A stretch of DNA of 64,000 nt, from NCBI RefSeq assembly GCF_044628455.1, contig NZ_JBIYZW010000001.1, positions 370,947 through 434,946 on the forward strand. The letters run 5' to 3'. Below the pieces are notes generated by a model. It was not told the origin of the DNA, searched no databases, and saw nothing but the letters and a program-made list of their open reading frames with translations. Below, piece after piece: positions 44,887 to 54,039 of the stretch. The DNA comes from Hymenobacter sp. B81 (GTDB taxonomy: Bacteria > Bacteroidota > Bacteroidia > Cytophagales > Hymenobacteraceae). Position 1 is the first letter of the stretch, and each line of letters starts with the position of its first letter. Both the position numbers and the translations under genes were made by a program.

Positions 44887-45354
44887 ATGAGCATGTTGAC
44901 CATCCGCAGCCTGGCCGAACTCGAACAGTATACCGGCCAGGAACTGGGCGTGTCGCCTTACCACACCATCACGCAGGAGCAGATTGACCGCTTCGCGGCC
45001 GCCACGCTCGATTACCAGTGGATTCACCTCGACGCCGAGCGGGCCCGCACCGAGTCGCCCTTCGGGGCCACCATTGCCCACGGCTACCTCACGCTGGCGT
45101 TGCTGCCCTACTTGTGGGGGCAGGTGGTGACCATGGAAAACCTGAAGATGCAGGTGAACTACGAAATCGAGAGCCTGCGCTTCAACCAGGCCGTGACGGT
45201 GAACAGCGAAGTGCGCCTGCGGGCCCGGCTGGTGGCGGTCCGCAACCTGCGCGGCATTGCCAAGGCCCAGATTGAGGTGACGCTGGAAATCAAGGACAGC
45301 CCCAAGCCCGCTTACAACGGCCTGGTAACCTTCCTCTACCACTTCGAACAATAG
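44887..45354 (+). CDS. MaoC-like (hotdog fold) dehydratase
   Basis: 155 aa; DYQWIHLDAERARTESPFGATIAHGYLTLALL typical MaoC/NodN. Confidence 0.8.
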   Translation: MSMLTIRSLAELEQYTGQELGVSPYHTITQEQIDRFAAATLDYQWIHLDAERARTESPFGATIAHGYLTLALLPYLWGQVVTMENLKMQVNYEIESLRFNQAVTVNSEVRLRARLVAVRNLRGIAKAQIEVTLEIKDSPKPAYNGLVTFLYHFEQ

Positions 45355-45468
45355 CCGCTGCGGTTCACGGCCGCAAGTAAAGCGTAGCTTCAGGTAGCGG
45401 CCCCCTCCCGCTGGTGCCCCAACCGCCCGCGGCAGCGGGGCAATGCTGGTTTGGGCCGGGCGGAAAAA

Positions 45469-45888
45469 CTATTCGTCCAGACGCTCGAAGACGGGTAAAT
45501 AGCCCAGCACCTGCAAGGCGCCGATGCCCAGGAAGAGCAGGCCGATCAGCAGCAGGAACCCGGTGCCGGCCGGCCGGGCATCAGCCAGATCCACGTTTTC
45601 GGGGTCGAGCGGGTCGTATACCACCGCTATTTCCTGGCCCACGGCGTAGCGGCCCGCCTCGGCCGCCGACTCGGTTTCGGCTTCCACCGTGCGCCCGGCG
45701 GGCGTGGTAAAACGCACCCGGGGCGTAAGCAGCCGGCGCGCGGGCGTCAGCCCGATGAGCAGGGCCGCGGCCACGACGCCCCGCCGCTGCCGGGCACGCT
45801 GGTTGCGGCGGCCCAGCCCGGCCGCGGCCGTGAAGAACGCGCCCATTACCAGAAAGATGATGGCTTCGGCGGGAAAGATCAGGGGCAT
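45469..45888 (-). CDS. DUF3592-like small membrane protein (unlinked paralog), divergent from TetR
   Basis: TM, beta domain (VRFTTPAGRTVEAETESAAEAGRYAVGQEIAVVYDPLDPENV), TM. Confidence 0.5.
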   Translation of the reverse strand: MPLIFPAEAIIFLVMGAFFTAAAGLGRRNQRARQRRGVVAAALLIGLTPARRLLTPRVRFTTPAGRTVEAETESAAEAGRYAVGQEIAVVYDPLDPENVDLADARPAGTGFLLLIGLLFLGIGALQVLGYLPVFERLDE

Positions 45889-45953
45889 GGCAGTTCGACG
45901 AGCAGCGGGGGCTTAAGCTAAGCAGGACGGAATATTTTCGCCATCCTATTTTG

Positions 45954-45973
45954 CTTACTTACTAGTAAGTAAG
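45954..45973. promoter_or_regulatory. Perfect 20-bp palindrome CTTACTTACTAGTAAGTAAG: candidate TetR operator in divergent promoter
   Basis: 16 nt upstream of the TetR ATG (45989), shared with the divergent DUF3592 gene. Confidence 0.55.
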
Positions 45974-45988
45974 TAGCTTTACCCCGTC

Positions 45989-46576
45989 ATGCCCACCCCC
46001 GCAACCACCTTCGACACCCGCACCCGCATCCTCAATCTGGCGGAGGAGCTGCTGCTGGCCCGGGGCTTCAATGCCTTCAGCTACCAGCACATTGCCCGGG
46101 AACTGGCCGTGAAGCCCGCTGCCATTCACTACCACTACCCCAGCAAGGAAGACCTGGGCGTGGCCGTTATCCGGCGGCAGCTGGCGCGGCTGCGCAAGTG
46201 GCGCGAGCTGCCCCGCGTAACCGAGCTGACCCCGCCCCAGCAGTTTGAAGCCCTGGTCGACGTGTACCTCAACCGCGCCGCTACGGGGCAGCAGGTGTGC
46301 TTTTTCGGGGCGCTGGCGGCCGAGTTTCAGACCCTGCCGCCGGCCATGCAGCAGGAGCTGCGTACGCTGAACGTGGAGCTGACCGAGTGGCTGGCGGGCG
46401 TGCTGACGGCCGGCCGCGCCGCCGCTTCCCTGCACTATCGCGGCCACCCCGTGAGCAAGGCCGCGCAGCTGCTCACCACCCTGGCCGGCGCCCTGCAGGT
46501 GGCCCGCGTGCACGACGAGCAGCAGTGCCAGCGCATTGTGGCGCAGGTGCGCGCCGAGCTTCTGGAGCCCGCCTGA
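45989..46576 (+). CDS. TetR/AcrR-family transcriptional regulator
   Basis: N-terminal HTH TRTRILNLAEELLLARGFNAFSYQHIARELAVKPAAIHYHYPSKEDL. Confidence 0.85.
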   Translation: MPTPATTFDTRTRILNLAEELLLARGFNAFSYQHIARELAVKPAAIHYHYPSKEDLGVAVIRRQLARLRKWRELPRVTELTPPQQFEALVDVYLNRAATGQQVCFFGALAAEFQTLPPAMQQELRTLNVELTEWLAGVLTAGRAAASLHYRGHPVSKAAQLLTTLAGALQVARVHDEQQCQRIVAQVRAELLEPA

Positions 46577-46644
46577 AAACCACTGCCTGCGTTTGTTTGG
46601 CCGGCCCGCTCGGCCCCGTTGGTTTACTTCCCTTCTGCCTGGTT

Positions 46645-47574
46645 ATGCTGAATACGTTTTCGCCCGCTTACGAGTGCCGGGCGCGGCACGAGCCGCTGCC
46701 TGCCGCGCACACCGAGTTTCGCTACGCCGAGCCGCCCGGCATCGGGCTGGTACGCCTGATGTTCCGGCTGCTGGCGGCCGTTTCCACCGAATGGGCGTTT
46801 CGCGCGGCCTGGCGCACGTTCTGCACCCCGCGGCGGCTGCCGCGCCGGCGGTGGGAAGAGGCCACGCTGGCCACAGCCCGGGCCTTTCGGGTGCCCTTTG
46901 AAGCCGGCGAGCTGGCCTGCTACGAGTGGAACCCGCGGGGCCGGCGCACGGTGCTGCTGGTACACGGCTGGGAGCACCGCGCCGCGTTCTGGGGCGTGTT
47001 TGCCGATGGACTGGTGCGCGCCGGCTACCGCGTGGTGGCCTTCGACGGGCCCGCGCACGGCAACTCGCCCGGCCGCCTGACGACGCTGCCCCAGTTTGGC
47101 CGCGCCACCCAGGCCGTAGCCGACTACCTGGGCGAGGTGTGGGCTGTGGTGGGACATTCCTTCGGCGCGGCTACCACGGCCGGGCTGCCGGTGCAGTTCA
47201 ACCGCGCCGCCGACGGAATGCTGCCCCGGCTGGTGCTGATGAGCGCACCCGGTAGCACCCCCGCCGTGGCCCAGCGCTTTGCCGATCTGCTGCAGCTGCC
47301 CGCCGCCGTAGTGCAGCGCATGAGCCGGTTTATCCAGGAGCAGACCGGCCGCGACGCCGAAAGCTTCAGCCTCACCCAGGCCGCCGCGAAAATGCAGGCG
47401 GGCCGCGTGCTGCTCTTGCACGACTGCCAGGATGAGTCGGTGCCCTTCACCGAAGCGCAGGACGTTGCGCGCAGCTGGCCCGGCATCGAGTTTCAGCCGA
47501 CCACCGGGCTGGGCCACAACAAGATCATGCGTGACCATGGCGTGATTCAGCTGGTGGCGCGGTTTCTGGCCTAG
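46645..47574 (+). CDS. Alpha/beta hydrolase
   Basis: HGWEHRAAFW, nucleophile elbow VVGHSFGAA, C-terminal His (GLGHNKIM). ATG at 46645 inside the longer ORF. Confidence 0.75.
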   Translation: MLNTFSPAYECRARHEPLPAAHTEFRYAEPPGIGLVRLMFRLLAAVSTEWAFRAAWRTFCTPRRLPRRRWEEATLATARAFRVPFEAGELACYEWNPRGRRTVLLVHGWEHRAAFWGVFADGLVRAGYRVVAFDGPAHGNSPGRLTTLPQFGRATQAVADYLGEVWAVVGHSFGAATTAGLPVQFNRAADGMLPRLVLMSAPGSTPAVAQRFADLLQLPAAVVQRMSRFIQEQTGRDAESFSLTQAAAKMQAGRVLLLHDCQDESVPFTEAQDVARSWPGIEFQPTTGLGHNKIMRDHGVIQLVARFLA

Positions 47575-47648
47575 GTTTTTCGCCCGCCGAAGACGCTGCA
47601 GTTTGCGCCGAGGCCGCAGCGTCTTCGGCGGGCTGCAAACGCCGACTG

Positions 47649-48668
47649 CTAGATTTCCTCCTGGCCGGCTTCGTTCAGCTCGCGCAGCAGCTGGCGCAGC
47701 GCGGCGGGGTCCTGCACGGCCTGCAGCACCAGGGCGAGGTAGTCGGCTTCGGCGCGCAGGTCGCGCTTGAGCTGGCGCAGCTCGGCTTCCTGCTTTTTAC
47801 CCGTCCCCAGAAAGGCGTTTTTGTCGCCGTACTTGAGGTGCTGCAGGCGCAGCTTCAGCTCGGCTTGCTGCTGCTGCAGGGCGCGGGTATAGCGGGCCAG
47901 CAGCTCGTCCGAATCCGTGTCGGCTTCCCCGGCGCCGTGCTCAGCCAGCAGCTGCAGCAGGGCGTAGAGGTCGTTGGCTTCGTAGGCGCGGGTAATGCGC
48001 TGCATGCGCGCGGTTTTTTGCTGCGCCACGGCCGGGTCGCGCTCCAGGTCGGGGTGATTGGTGCGGGCCAGCTGCCGGTACACGGCCTTGGTGCCGGCCT
48101 GCAGGCGCTGCTGATCGGCTTGCAGCGCGCGGGCAGCGGCTTCCTGGTCGCGCTCGGCCTTGGTTTTGCGCTTGCCGCGCTGGTGGGCGTAGTGCTCGTG
48201 GTGCTGCTGCGCCTTGGCCGCCACGGGCGCCGACTCGGCTTCGTCGTCCTCGAACTTCGGCACGGGCCGCCGGGGTGCGTAGCGCAGCAGCAGCTCGTCG
48301 ACTTCCTCGCCGAAGCGCTGCTGCAGGGATTGGGCGTTGCGCCACAGCAGTTCCTTAATGCGCTGCTCTTCCAGGCGGCTGAAGTAGCCGGTGGTCAGGG
48401 CGGCTTCCAGCGGCTCGAACAAGCGGCGGCGACTAGCCACCACGGCATCGGCGAGCGGGCCTACCTGGCGCCAGTACTTGTTTTTGGCCTCGCGCTGCTC
48501 CTTTTCCAGGGCCTGCACCTGGTCGCGCAGGTTTTCCACGGCCTGCACGGCCGCGCGGAAAGCCTGCTGCGCTACCGTGCCCGGCTCGGGCTGCGCGGGG
48601 CGGCTGAGGCCGCGCTGCGCGGCGGGCGTGCGCGACGAGTCAAACTCCTCAAACTTGGGCAGGGGCAT
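47649..48668 (-). CDS. J-domain (DnaJ-like, HPD motif) protein with long charged coiled-coil N-terminal region
   Basis: AVYRQLARTNHPDLERDPAVAQQKTARMQRITRAYEAND J-domain signature; rest low-complexity charged. Confidence 0.55.
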   Translation of the reverse strand: MPLPKFEEFDSSRTPAAQRGLSRPAQPEPGTVAQQAFRAAVQAVENLRDQVQALEKEQREAKNKYWRQVGPLADAVVASRRRLFEPLEAALTTGYFSRLEEQRIKELLWRNAQSLQQRFGEEVDELLLRYAPRRPVPKFEDDEAESAPVAAKAQQHHEHYAHQRGKRKTKAERDQEAAARALQADQQRLQAGTKAVYRQLARTNHPDLERDPAVAQQKTARMQRITRAYEANDLYALLQLLAEHGAGEADTDSDELLARYTRALQQQQAELKLRLQHLKYGDKNAFLGTGKKQEAELRQLKRDLRAEADYLALVLQAVQDPAALRQLLRELNEAGQEEI

Positions 48669-49614
48669 CGGAACGGGTTTCGGGGAATGGCGGCAAAGGT
48701 CGGCAGGGCGCGTGGCCCCACAAGGCGTAGGCTACCGCGAAGGTCTGGCAGTGCGCGTCCACGATGTCGCGCAGCCGCTCGGAGTAGCCGCCGCCCATGC
48801 TCACGGCCACCGGCAGCTGCCGCTCGTGGCAGAGGCCGAGCACCAGCTCGTCGCGCCGGCGGCAGCCGGCGGGCGTCAGGGCCAGCTTGCCCAGCTTGTC
48901 GGTGGCCAGCACATCCACGCCGGCCTGGTAGAACATGAAATCGGGCTTCACACGCTCCACCAGATCGGGCAGCGTGTCGTGTAGCAGCTTTAGATAGGCA
49001 TCATCCGTCATGCCCAGGGGCAGCGCCACGTCCAGGTCCGACTGCTCCTTGCGCAGCGGGTAATTGGCCCCGGCGTGCATGGAGAAGGTAAACACGCGCG
49101 GCTCGTGGCGGAAGATGCGGGCCGTGCCGTCGCCCTGGTGCACGTCCAGGTCCACGATGAGCACCTGCCGCGCCTGGCGGTGGTGCAGCAAGTGGGCGGC
49201 AGCAATGGCCAGATCGTTGAGCACGCAAAATCCCTCGCCGCGGTCGGCAAAGGCGTGGTGGGTGCCGCCGGCCAGGCTCAGGCCCACGCCGTCGCGCAGC
49301 GCGTGCCGGGCCGACTGCACCGTGCCCGCCGCCGACGAGAGACTGCGCCGCACCAGCTCGGGACTTTGCGGCAAACCCAGGCGGCGCACCTCGGCGGGGG
49401 AGAGACGCAGCTCTTTCACCTTGCTCCAGTACTCGGCCGTGTGAACGCGCAGAATGTCCTCCTCGGCGCAGAAGCCCGGGTCGTAGATGTCCACCGGCTG
49501 CGCGATGCCCTGCCACAGCAGCTGCTCGCGAATCAGCTCGTACTTGGCAATGGGAAAGCGGTGGCCGGCGGGCAGCTGAATGGAGTAGCGGTCGGAAGAG
49601 GCGAGGCAGGGCAT
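48649..49614 (-). CDS. Histone deacetylase-family (HDAC/AcuC/APAH-like) protein
   Basis: GGTHHAFADRGEGFCVLND, IVDLDVHQGDG, SMGGGY; 3' end overlaps the J-domain gene start by 20 nt. Confidence 0.85.
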   Translation of the reverse strand: MPCLASSDRYSIQLPAGHRFPIAKYELIREQLLWQGIAQPVDIYDPGFCAEEDILRVHTAEYWSKVKELRLSPAEVRRLGLPQSPELVRRSLSSAAGTVQSARHALRDGVGLSLAGGTHHAFADRGEGFCVLNDLAIAAAHLLHHRQARQVLIVDLDVHQGDGTARIFRHEPRVFTFSMHAGANYPLRKEQSDLDVALPLGMTDDAYLKLLHDTLPDLVERVKPDFMFYQAGVDVLATDKLGKLALTPAGCRRRDELVLGLCHERQLPVAVSMGGGYSERLRDIVDAHCQTFAVAYALWGHAPCRPLPPFPETRSDAPAQV

Positions 49615-49662
49615 GGGAGGCGCAAGGGGCTGCTCGTGTACGGACGGGAGCAGGGCAGAGGC

Positions 49663-50064
49663 TTAGTCGGCCAGCTGGCCATCCTGCCGCAGCCAGTCGA
49701 ACAGCTGCTGGGCCATGGCCGACACGCGAGGCCGGTCCCGGTACGTGAGCCAGGCCATTTCCTCGATTTCGGCCGCGGGCTGCAGCGTGCCTTCGTACTC
49801 GGCCGCGTAGCAGCTCATGCGCAGCAACGTGCCCGCAGGTTGCGCGTGGGCCGGCGCCTCGAAGCTGCCCAGGAAGCGCAGCGTAGCGGGCCGCAGGCGC
49901 ACCGTCAGCTCCTCCTCGATTTCGCGCAGCAGGGCCTGCTCGTCGGTTTCGCCGGCTTCGCGCTTGCCGCCGGGAAAGTAAAACCGGTTATGACCCCGGC
50001 TGCGGGCGGCCAGAACCTTGCCTTCTTGCAAGTGTAGCCAAGCTACTTTCTCAATGATCATCAT
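49663..50064 (-). CDS. NUDIX hydrolase
   Basis: Nudix box GGKREAGETDEQALLREIEEELTV. ATG (MMIIEKV) at 50062-50064. Confidence 0.7.
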   Translation of the reverse strand: MMIIEKVAWLHLQEGKVLAARSRGHNRFYFPGGKREAGETDEQALLREIEEELTVRLRPATLRFLGSFEAPAHAQPAGTLLRMSCYAAEYEGTLQPAAEIEEMAWLTYRDRPRVSAMAQQLFDWLRQDGQLAD

Positions 50065-50433
50065 TCGTTGTTGGGCTGGCGAAATGCAGAGTTGCTTCAA
50101 TGCGCAAAGCAAGTAGAAACGGTGGCTTAATACTAATTGCAATTCAAGCGTGATAGGTAATTAGGCCGGCGGGTTGCCGCCCCAGGGTATTGAATAAACC
50201 AGGGTGAAAAATATTTTAAAAAACTCCTGAAAATATTTGGTTGGTGAAAAATAACCTTTCTACCTTTGACCCGTTCAAAGCCCCAAACCTACACGACCCA
50301 ACGACTTCATTCGTCATGCGCCGCCACTTCAACCAATATCTCGGTATGCCATCCAGCCTGGAGGATAAGATCCAGCCGGGGTTCGGCGCGCACGCAACGG
50401 AGTGAAGCTCTTTCGATAGAAGCTCAACTTGCA

Positions 50434-50472
50434 AAACGCCCGAATCCTACCAGATTCGGGCGTTTTGTTTTT
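50434..50472 (+). terminator. Rho-independent terminator-like hairpin (AAACGCCCGAATC-ctacca-GATTCGGGCGTTT + TTTTGTTTTT) with no annotated upstream gene
   Basis: 13-bp perfect stem plus U-tract on + strand; lies in the 780-nt AT-rich noncoding interval 50143..50923. Confidence 0.6.
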
Positions 50473-50923
50473 CACTTGCTTGCTAACTCGTTTACCGCCA
50501 TGATGCCGAACCGCCAATCCCAGCCTAGCCTTGCTGCCCGCTTAGCGGTGCCCGCGCTGCGGTGGCGGAGCGACAACAGGCCAGCCAGCTGCCCCAATAC
50601 CCCGCCGCGAAAACGCAGCTGCTAACGGCACTAGCTACCCGGGCCGATGGCTGTTCCTCAGACCTGATTCACGGTAATTAATTCCTGGATTTGCGACTAC
50701 ATAATTGTCGCCTGGGAAAATATTGCCCGAATTATTCCTGCAATAAATACCTGCGCAACCGCAATTAATCACGCATTAATTGTTGGCCAGAATTCCACAC
50801 CCTTTTGCCAGACACCACCATGTACGAATCGTTCAGACTTCTGCTTCAACCAGCCGCTCCCGCGGCCCCCTTTATGTCTGATTCTTCAATCGGTAATAGC
50901 CCCCGCGCGGGGCACCCCGACCG

Positions 50924-52225
50924 ATGGCCAACCGCCTCAAACCCCTACCGCACGCCGTCTGGCAAGCCGAGCAAGCCCGCATAGTCCTGGCAGCAGCCCG
51001 GCGCGTCGACTGGCGCCGCATGTCGCCCAAAGAGCAGGTGAATTACCTGTTCAGCGTACAGGGCCCGCTGCCCGTCATTGACGCCCACTTCGGCGAAGAC
51101 TCGGCCCTGGCGCAGTTTTACCGCCACTGCGCCCACGAAAAAACCTGGGAGCAGCGCGACCGGTGCGCCGCCCTGCTGCGGGGGCTGGCCGCCAAGCGCA
51201 GCACCCTGCTATGGCGGCCCGAGCTGGCCCCGGCCCTGGCCGCGGTAGCCGACTTTCAGCGCCACCGCTGCCGGGAGCTGGCCGACTGGCAGCCCCGCTC
51301 CCGGAATCCCTTCCGGCAGCTGGAAAGCCTGGTGCGCCACCTCTTCGACCAGTACGGCGACGTACCGGCCTGGATTATCAACTCCTGGACCGCCGGCCGC
51401 CTCCACGACGGCCTCAACATCGCCGACCTGACGGTGCACCTGGGCCGGGGCGGGGCGCTGCGCACCTTCCACCGGCTGCCGGTGAAGCTTACCCGCAAGG
51501 TGGAGCACCACCTGCGCCTGGCGCCGGCGGGCTACACTTTCCTGCAGGCCCTGCGCTACGCCCAGCTCGCCGCCCGCGAGCTGCCTCAGTGGCTCGGGCC
51601 GGTGCTCGACTCCCGCCTGGGCCGCTGCCTGGAGCGCGACGACGAGTTCTGGCTGCGGGTGGTGGAGTTCTTCGCCGCCGCGCCCATGGTCGACCCCTAC
51701 CAGCTCGGACCGGTGTGCGACTGGATTCACCGCAAGCGCAGCGTGGGCATCGGCGACGAGCCGGCCCAGCCGGGCTTTTCGCTGAAAGGCCGCTCGATGC
51801 AGAGCGTGCTGGAGCAAACGGCCAAGTGGCACCGCCAGCTGGCCAAAGCCGCTCACCGCCAGCCCGACAACGAGCCGGCGCACAGCACCACCTGGGAGCC
51901 GCTGCCGGTGCAGGATTTTGCCGGCGGCAGCAAGTGCAAGGTGCGCATCACCCAGCTGCTCAGCTACTGGGACCTCATCGACGAGGGGCGCGCCCTGCGG
52001 CACTGCGTGGCCTCCTACCTCGGCGCCTGCCAGCGGGGGCGCAGCGGCATCTTTTCGCTCACGCTGGATGGCTCCCGGGCCCTTACCCTGGAGGTGCAGG
52101 CCAACCGCACCGTGGTGCAAGCCCGGGGCCTGCTCAACCGGCGCCTCAACGAGGAGGAACTGGGCTGGGTGCAGCGCTGGGCCACCGATAACCGCCTGCT
52201 GATTCCCAAGCACCTGTTTGGGTAA
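50924..52225 (+). CDS. PcfJ-like protein
   Basis: C-terminal motif LIDEGRALRHCVASYLGACQRGRSGIFSL characteristic of the PcfJ family (conserved HCV..Y...C); 433 aa. Confidence 0.6.
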   Translation: MANRLKPLPHAVWQAEQARIVLAAARRVDWRRMSPKEQVNYLFSVQGPLPVIDAHFGEDSALAQFYRHCAHEKTWEQRDRCAALLRGLAAKRSTLLWRPELAPALAAVADFQRHRCRELADWQPRSRNPFRQLESLVRHLFDQYGDVPAWIINSWTAGRLHDGLNIADLTVHLGRGGALRTFHRLPVKLTRKVEHHLRLAPAGYTFLQALRYAQLAARELPQWLGPVLDSRLGRCLERDDEFWLRVVEFFAAAPMVDPYQLGPVCDWIHRKRSVGIGDEPAQPGFSLKGRSMQSVLEQTAKWHRQLAKAAHRQPDNEPAHSTTWEPLPVQDFAGGSKCKVRITQLLSYWDLIDEGRALRHCVASYLGACQRGRSGIFSLTLDGSRALTLEVQANRTVVQARGLLNRRLNEEELGWVQRWATDNRLLIPKHLFG

Positions 52226-52407
52226 TCACCTGAGAATACTGTTCCGCCGGGCGTAGCCGGGGTACTCCGTGCAATGGTGCCGGATGGTAGTAAGGGAAGA
52301 CTACCGATCCAGCGGAGTGCTTCAGCTGCGCCCGACCGGACGACCGGCACCGCCGCCGTACTGCCCGAAAATCAATTGTTCACCACCTCATTATCTCCCC
52401 ACTTACT

Positions 52408-53937
52408 ATGCGCTTCAACTTTGGATTCCGCAAAAACAAGCCGGCCGACGTGGTGAACCACGCGGGCGCGGCGGCCTACTCCCTCACCCCCCAGCTGGAG
52501 CTGTACGCCGCCGTAGCCACGGCCGCGCTCAGCGACCAGTTCTACGAAAAAGCCGATACCCGCCTGCAGCGCCTGCGCGAGCTGGTGGCCAAAAACGAGC
52601 CGCTCTTCGTGGCCCGGCTGGCCGTGTACGCCCGCGAAAAGATGCACCTGCGCACCGTGCCGCTGGTGCTGGCCGTGGAGCTGGCCCGCCTGCACCGCGG
52701 CGACAACCTGGTGAGCCGTCTGGTAGCCCGCGTGGTGCAGCGCGCCGACGAGATTACCGAGCTGCTGGCCTTCTACGCCCTGGCCAACCAGCGCCAGGGG
52801 CCGAAGCAGCTGAACCGCCTCTCCAAGCAGCTGCAAAAAGGACTGGCCCTGGCTTTCAACCGCTTCGACGGCTACCAGCTGGCCAAGTACGACCGCGCCG
52901 GGCAGGTGCGCCTGCGCGACGCCCTGTTCCTGGTGCACCCGCAGGCCAAAAGCCCCGAGCAGCAGCAGCTGTTCGACCAGCTGGTGCGCGGCGAGCTGCC
53001 CACGCCCTACACCTGGGAAACCGAGCTGTCGGCCCTGGGCCAGCAAACCTTCACTTCGGATGCGGCGCGGCAGACGGCCGTGCGCCAGAAGTGGGAGGAG
53101 CTGATCGGCAGCGGCAAGCTGGGCTACATGGCCCTGCTGCGTAACCTGCGCAACATCCTCGAAGCCGAAGTATCGGCCGGGGCCATTGCGCAGCTGACGG
53201 CAGCCCTGACCGACGAGCGGGCGGTGGCGCGCAGCAAGCAGCTGCCCTTCCGCTACCTGGCGGCCTACCGCGAACTGCTCACGTTGCGCTCCGGCCACGT
53301 AGCGGGCATCCTCGCGGCGCTGGAAACGGCCATAGCTCACTCCACGCAGAACCTGCGCGGCTTCGGGCCCGACACCCGCGTGGTGGTGGCCTGCGACGTG
53401 TCGGGCTCCATGCAGCAGCCGATTTCGCCGCGCAGCAAAGTGCTGCTCTACGACGTGGGCCTGGTGCTCGGAATGCTGCTGCAGCGCCGCTGCCAGCACG
53501 TGGTAACCGGCATGTTCGGCGACCGGTGGAAGCGCGTGCCGCTGCCCCAGGACCGGGTGCTGGGCAACGTGCAGGAACTGTACCGCCGCGAAGGCGAGGT
53601 GGGCTACAGCACCAACGGCCACCTGGTGGTGCAGGATTTGATTCGCCACAACGAGCGGGTGGACAAGGTGATGATTTTCACCGACTGCCAGCTCTGGAAC
53701 AGCACCGGCGACGGCCACGACCTGGCTCAGGCCTGGCGCCAGTACCGCCGCACGGTGGCGCCCCGGGCCCGCCTGTACCTGTTCGACCTGGCCGGCCACG
53801 GCCACGCCCCGCTGGACGTGCGCGAGCCGGACGGCGTGGCGCTCATCGCCGGCTGGTCCGACAAAGTGTTCGACGTGCTGCAGGCGCTGGAAAACGGCGG
53901 CTCGGCCCTCACTGAAATCGAAACAATAGATCTGTAA
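52408..53937 (+). CDS. rsr: Ro60-related protein Rsr (TROVE domain + vWA/MIDAS)
   Basis: TROVE N-terminal region (YSLTPQLELYAAVATAALSDQFYEKADTRLQRLRELVAKNEPLFVARLAVYAREKMHLR); C-terminal vWA with MIDAS VVACDVSGSM. Confidence 0.85.
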   Translation: MRFNFGFRKNKPADVVNHAGAAAYSLTPQLELYAAVATAALSDQFYEKADTRLQRLRELVAKNEPLFVARLAVYAREKMHLRTVPLVLAVELARLHRGDNLVSRLVARVVQRADEITELLAFYALANQRQGPKQLNRLSKQLQKGLALAFNRFDGYQLAKYDRAGQVRLRDALFLVHPQAKSPEQQQLFDQLVRGELPTPYTWETELSALGQQTFTSDAARQTAVRQKWEELIGSGKLGYMALLRNLRNILEAEVSAGAIAQLTAALTDERAVARSKQLPFRYLAAYRELLTLRSGHVAGILAALETAIAHSTQNLRGFGPDTRVVVACDVSGSMQQPISPRSKVLLYDVGLVLGMLLQRRCQHVVTGMFGDRWKRVPLPQDRVLGNVQELYRREGEVGYSTNGHLVVQDLIRHNERVDKVMIFTDCQLWNSTGDGHDLAQAWRQYRRTVAPRARLYLFDLAGHGHAPLDVREPDGVALIAGWSDKVFDVLQALENGGSALTEIETIDL

Positions 53938-54039
53938 ACCCACGCGGTTGGGGGCGGCAGCATAGTCAAGCGGGCTGCCGCTCCCGCGCTACCAACTCTT
54001 TTTCGTCATGAAACCCACATAATCAACCTTTCTGCTGAC

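Noticed and set aside
50266-50625. ORF 50266..50625 (+) and 50216..50434 (-) in the AT-rich tract
   Set aside because: No coding-like composition, and each spans or opposes the intrinsic terminator hairpin; more likely noncoding or sRNA DNA.
52269-53144. ORF 52269..53144 (+) and 52372..53943 (-) overlapping rsr
   Set aside because: Off-frame or antisense; the 52408..53937 frame carries TROVE and vWA MIDAS motifs.
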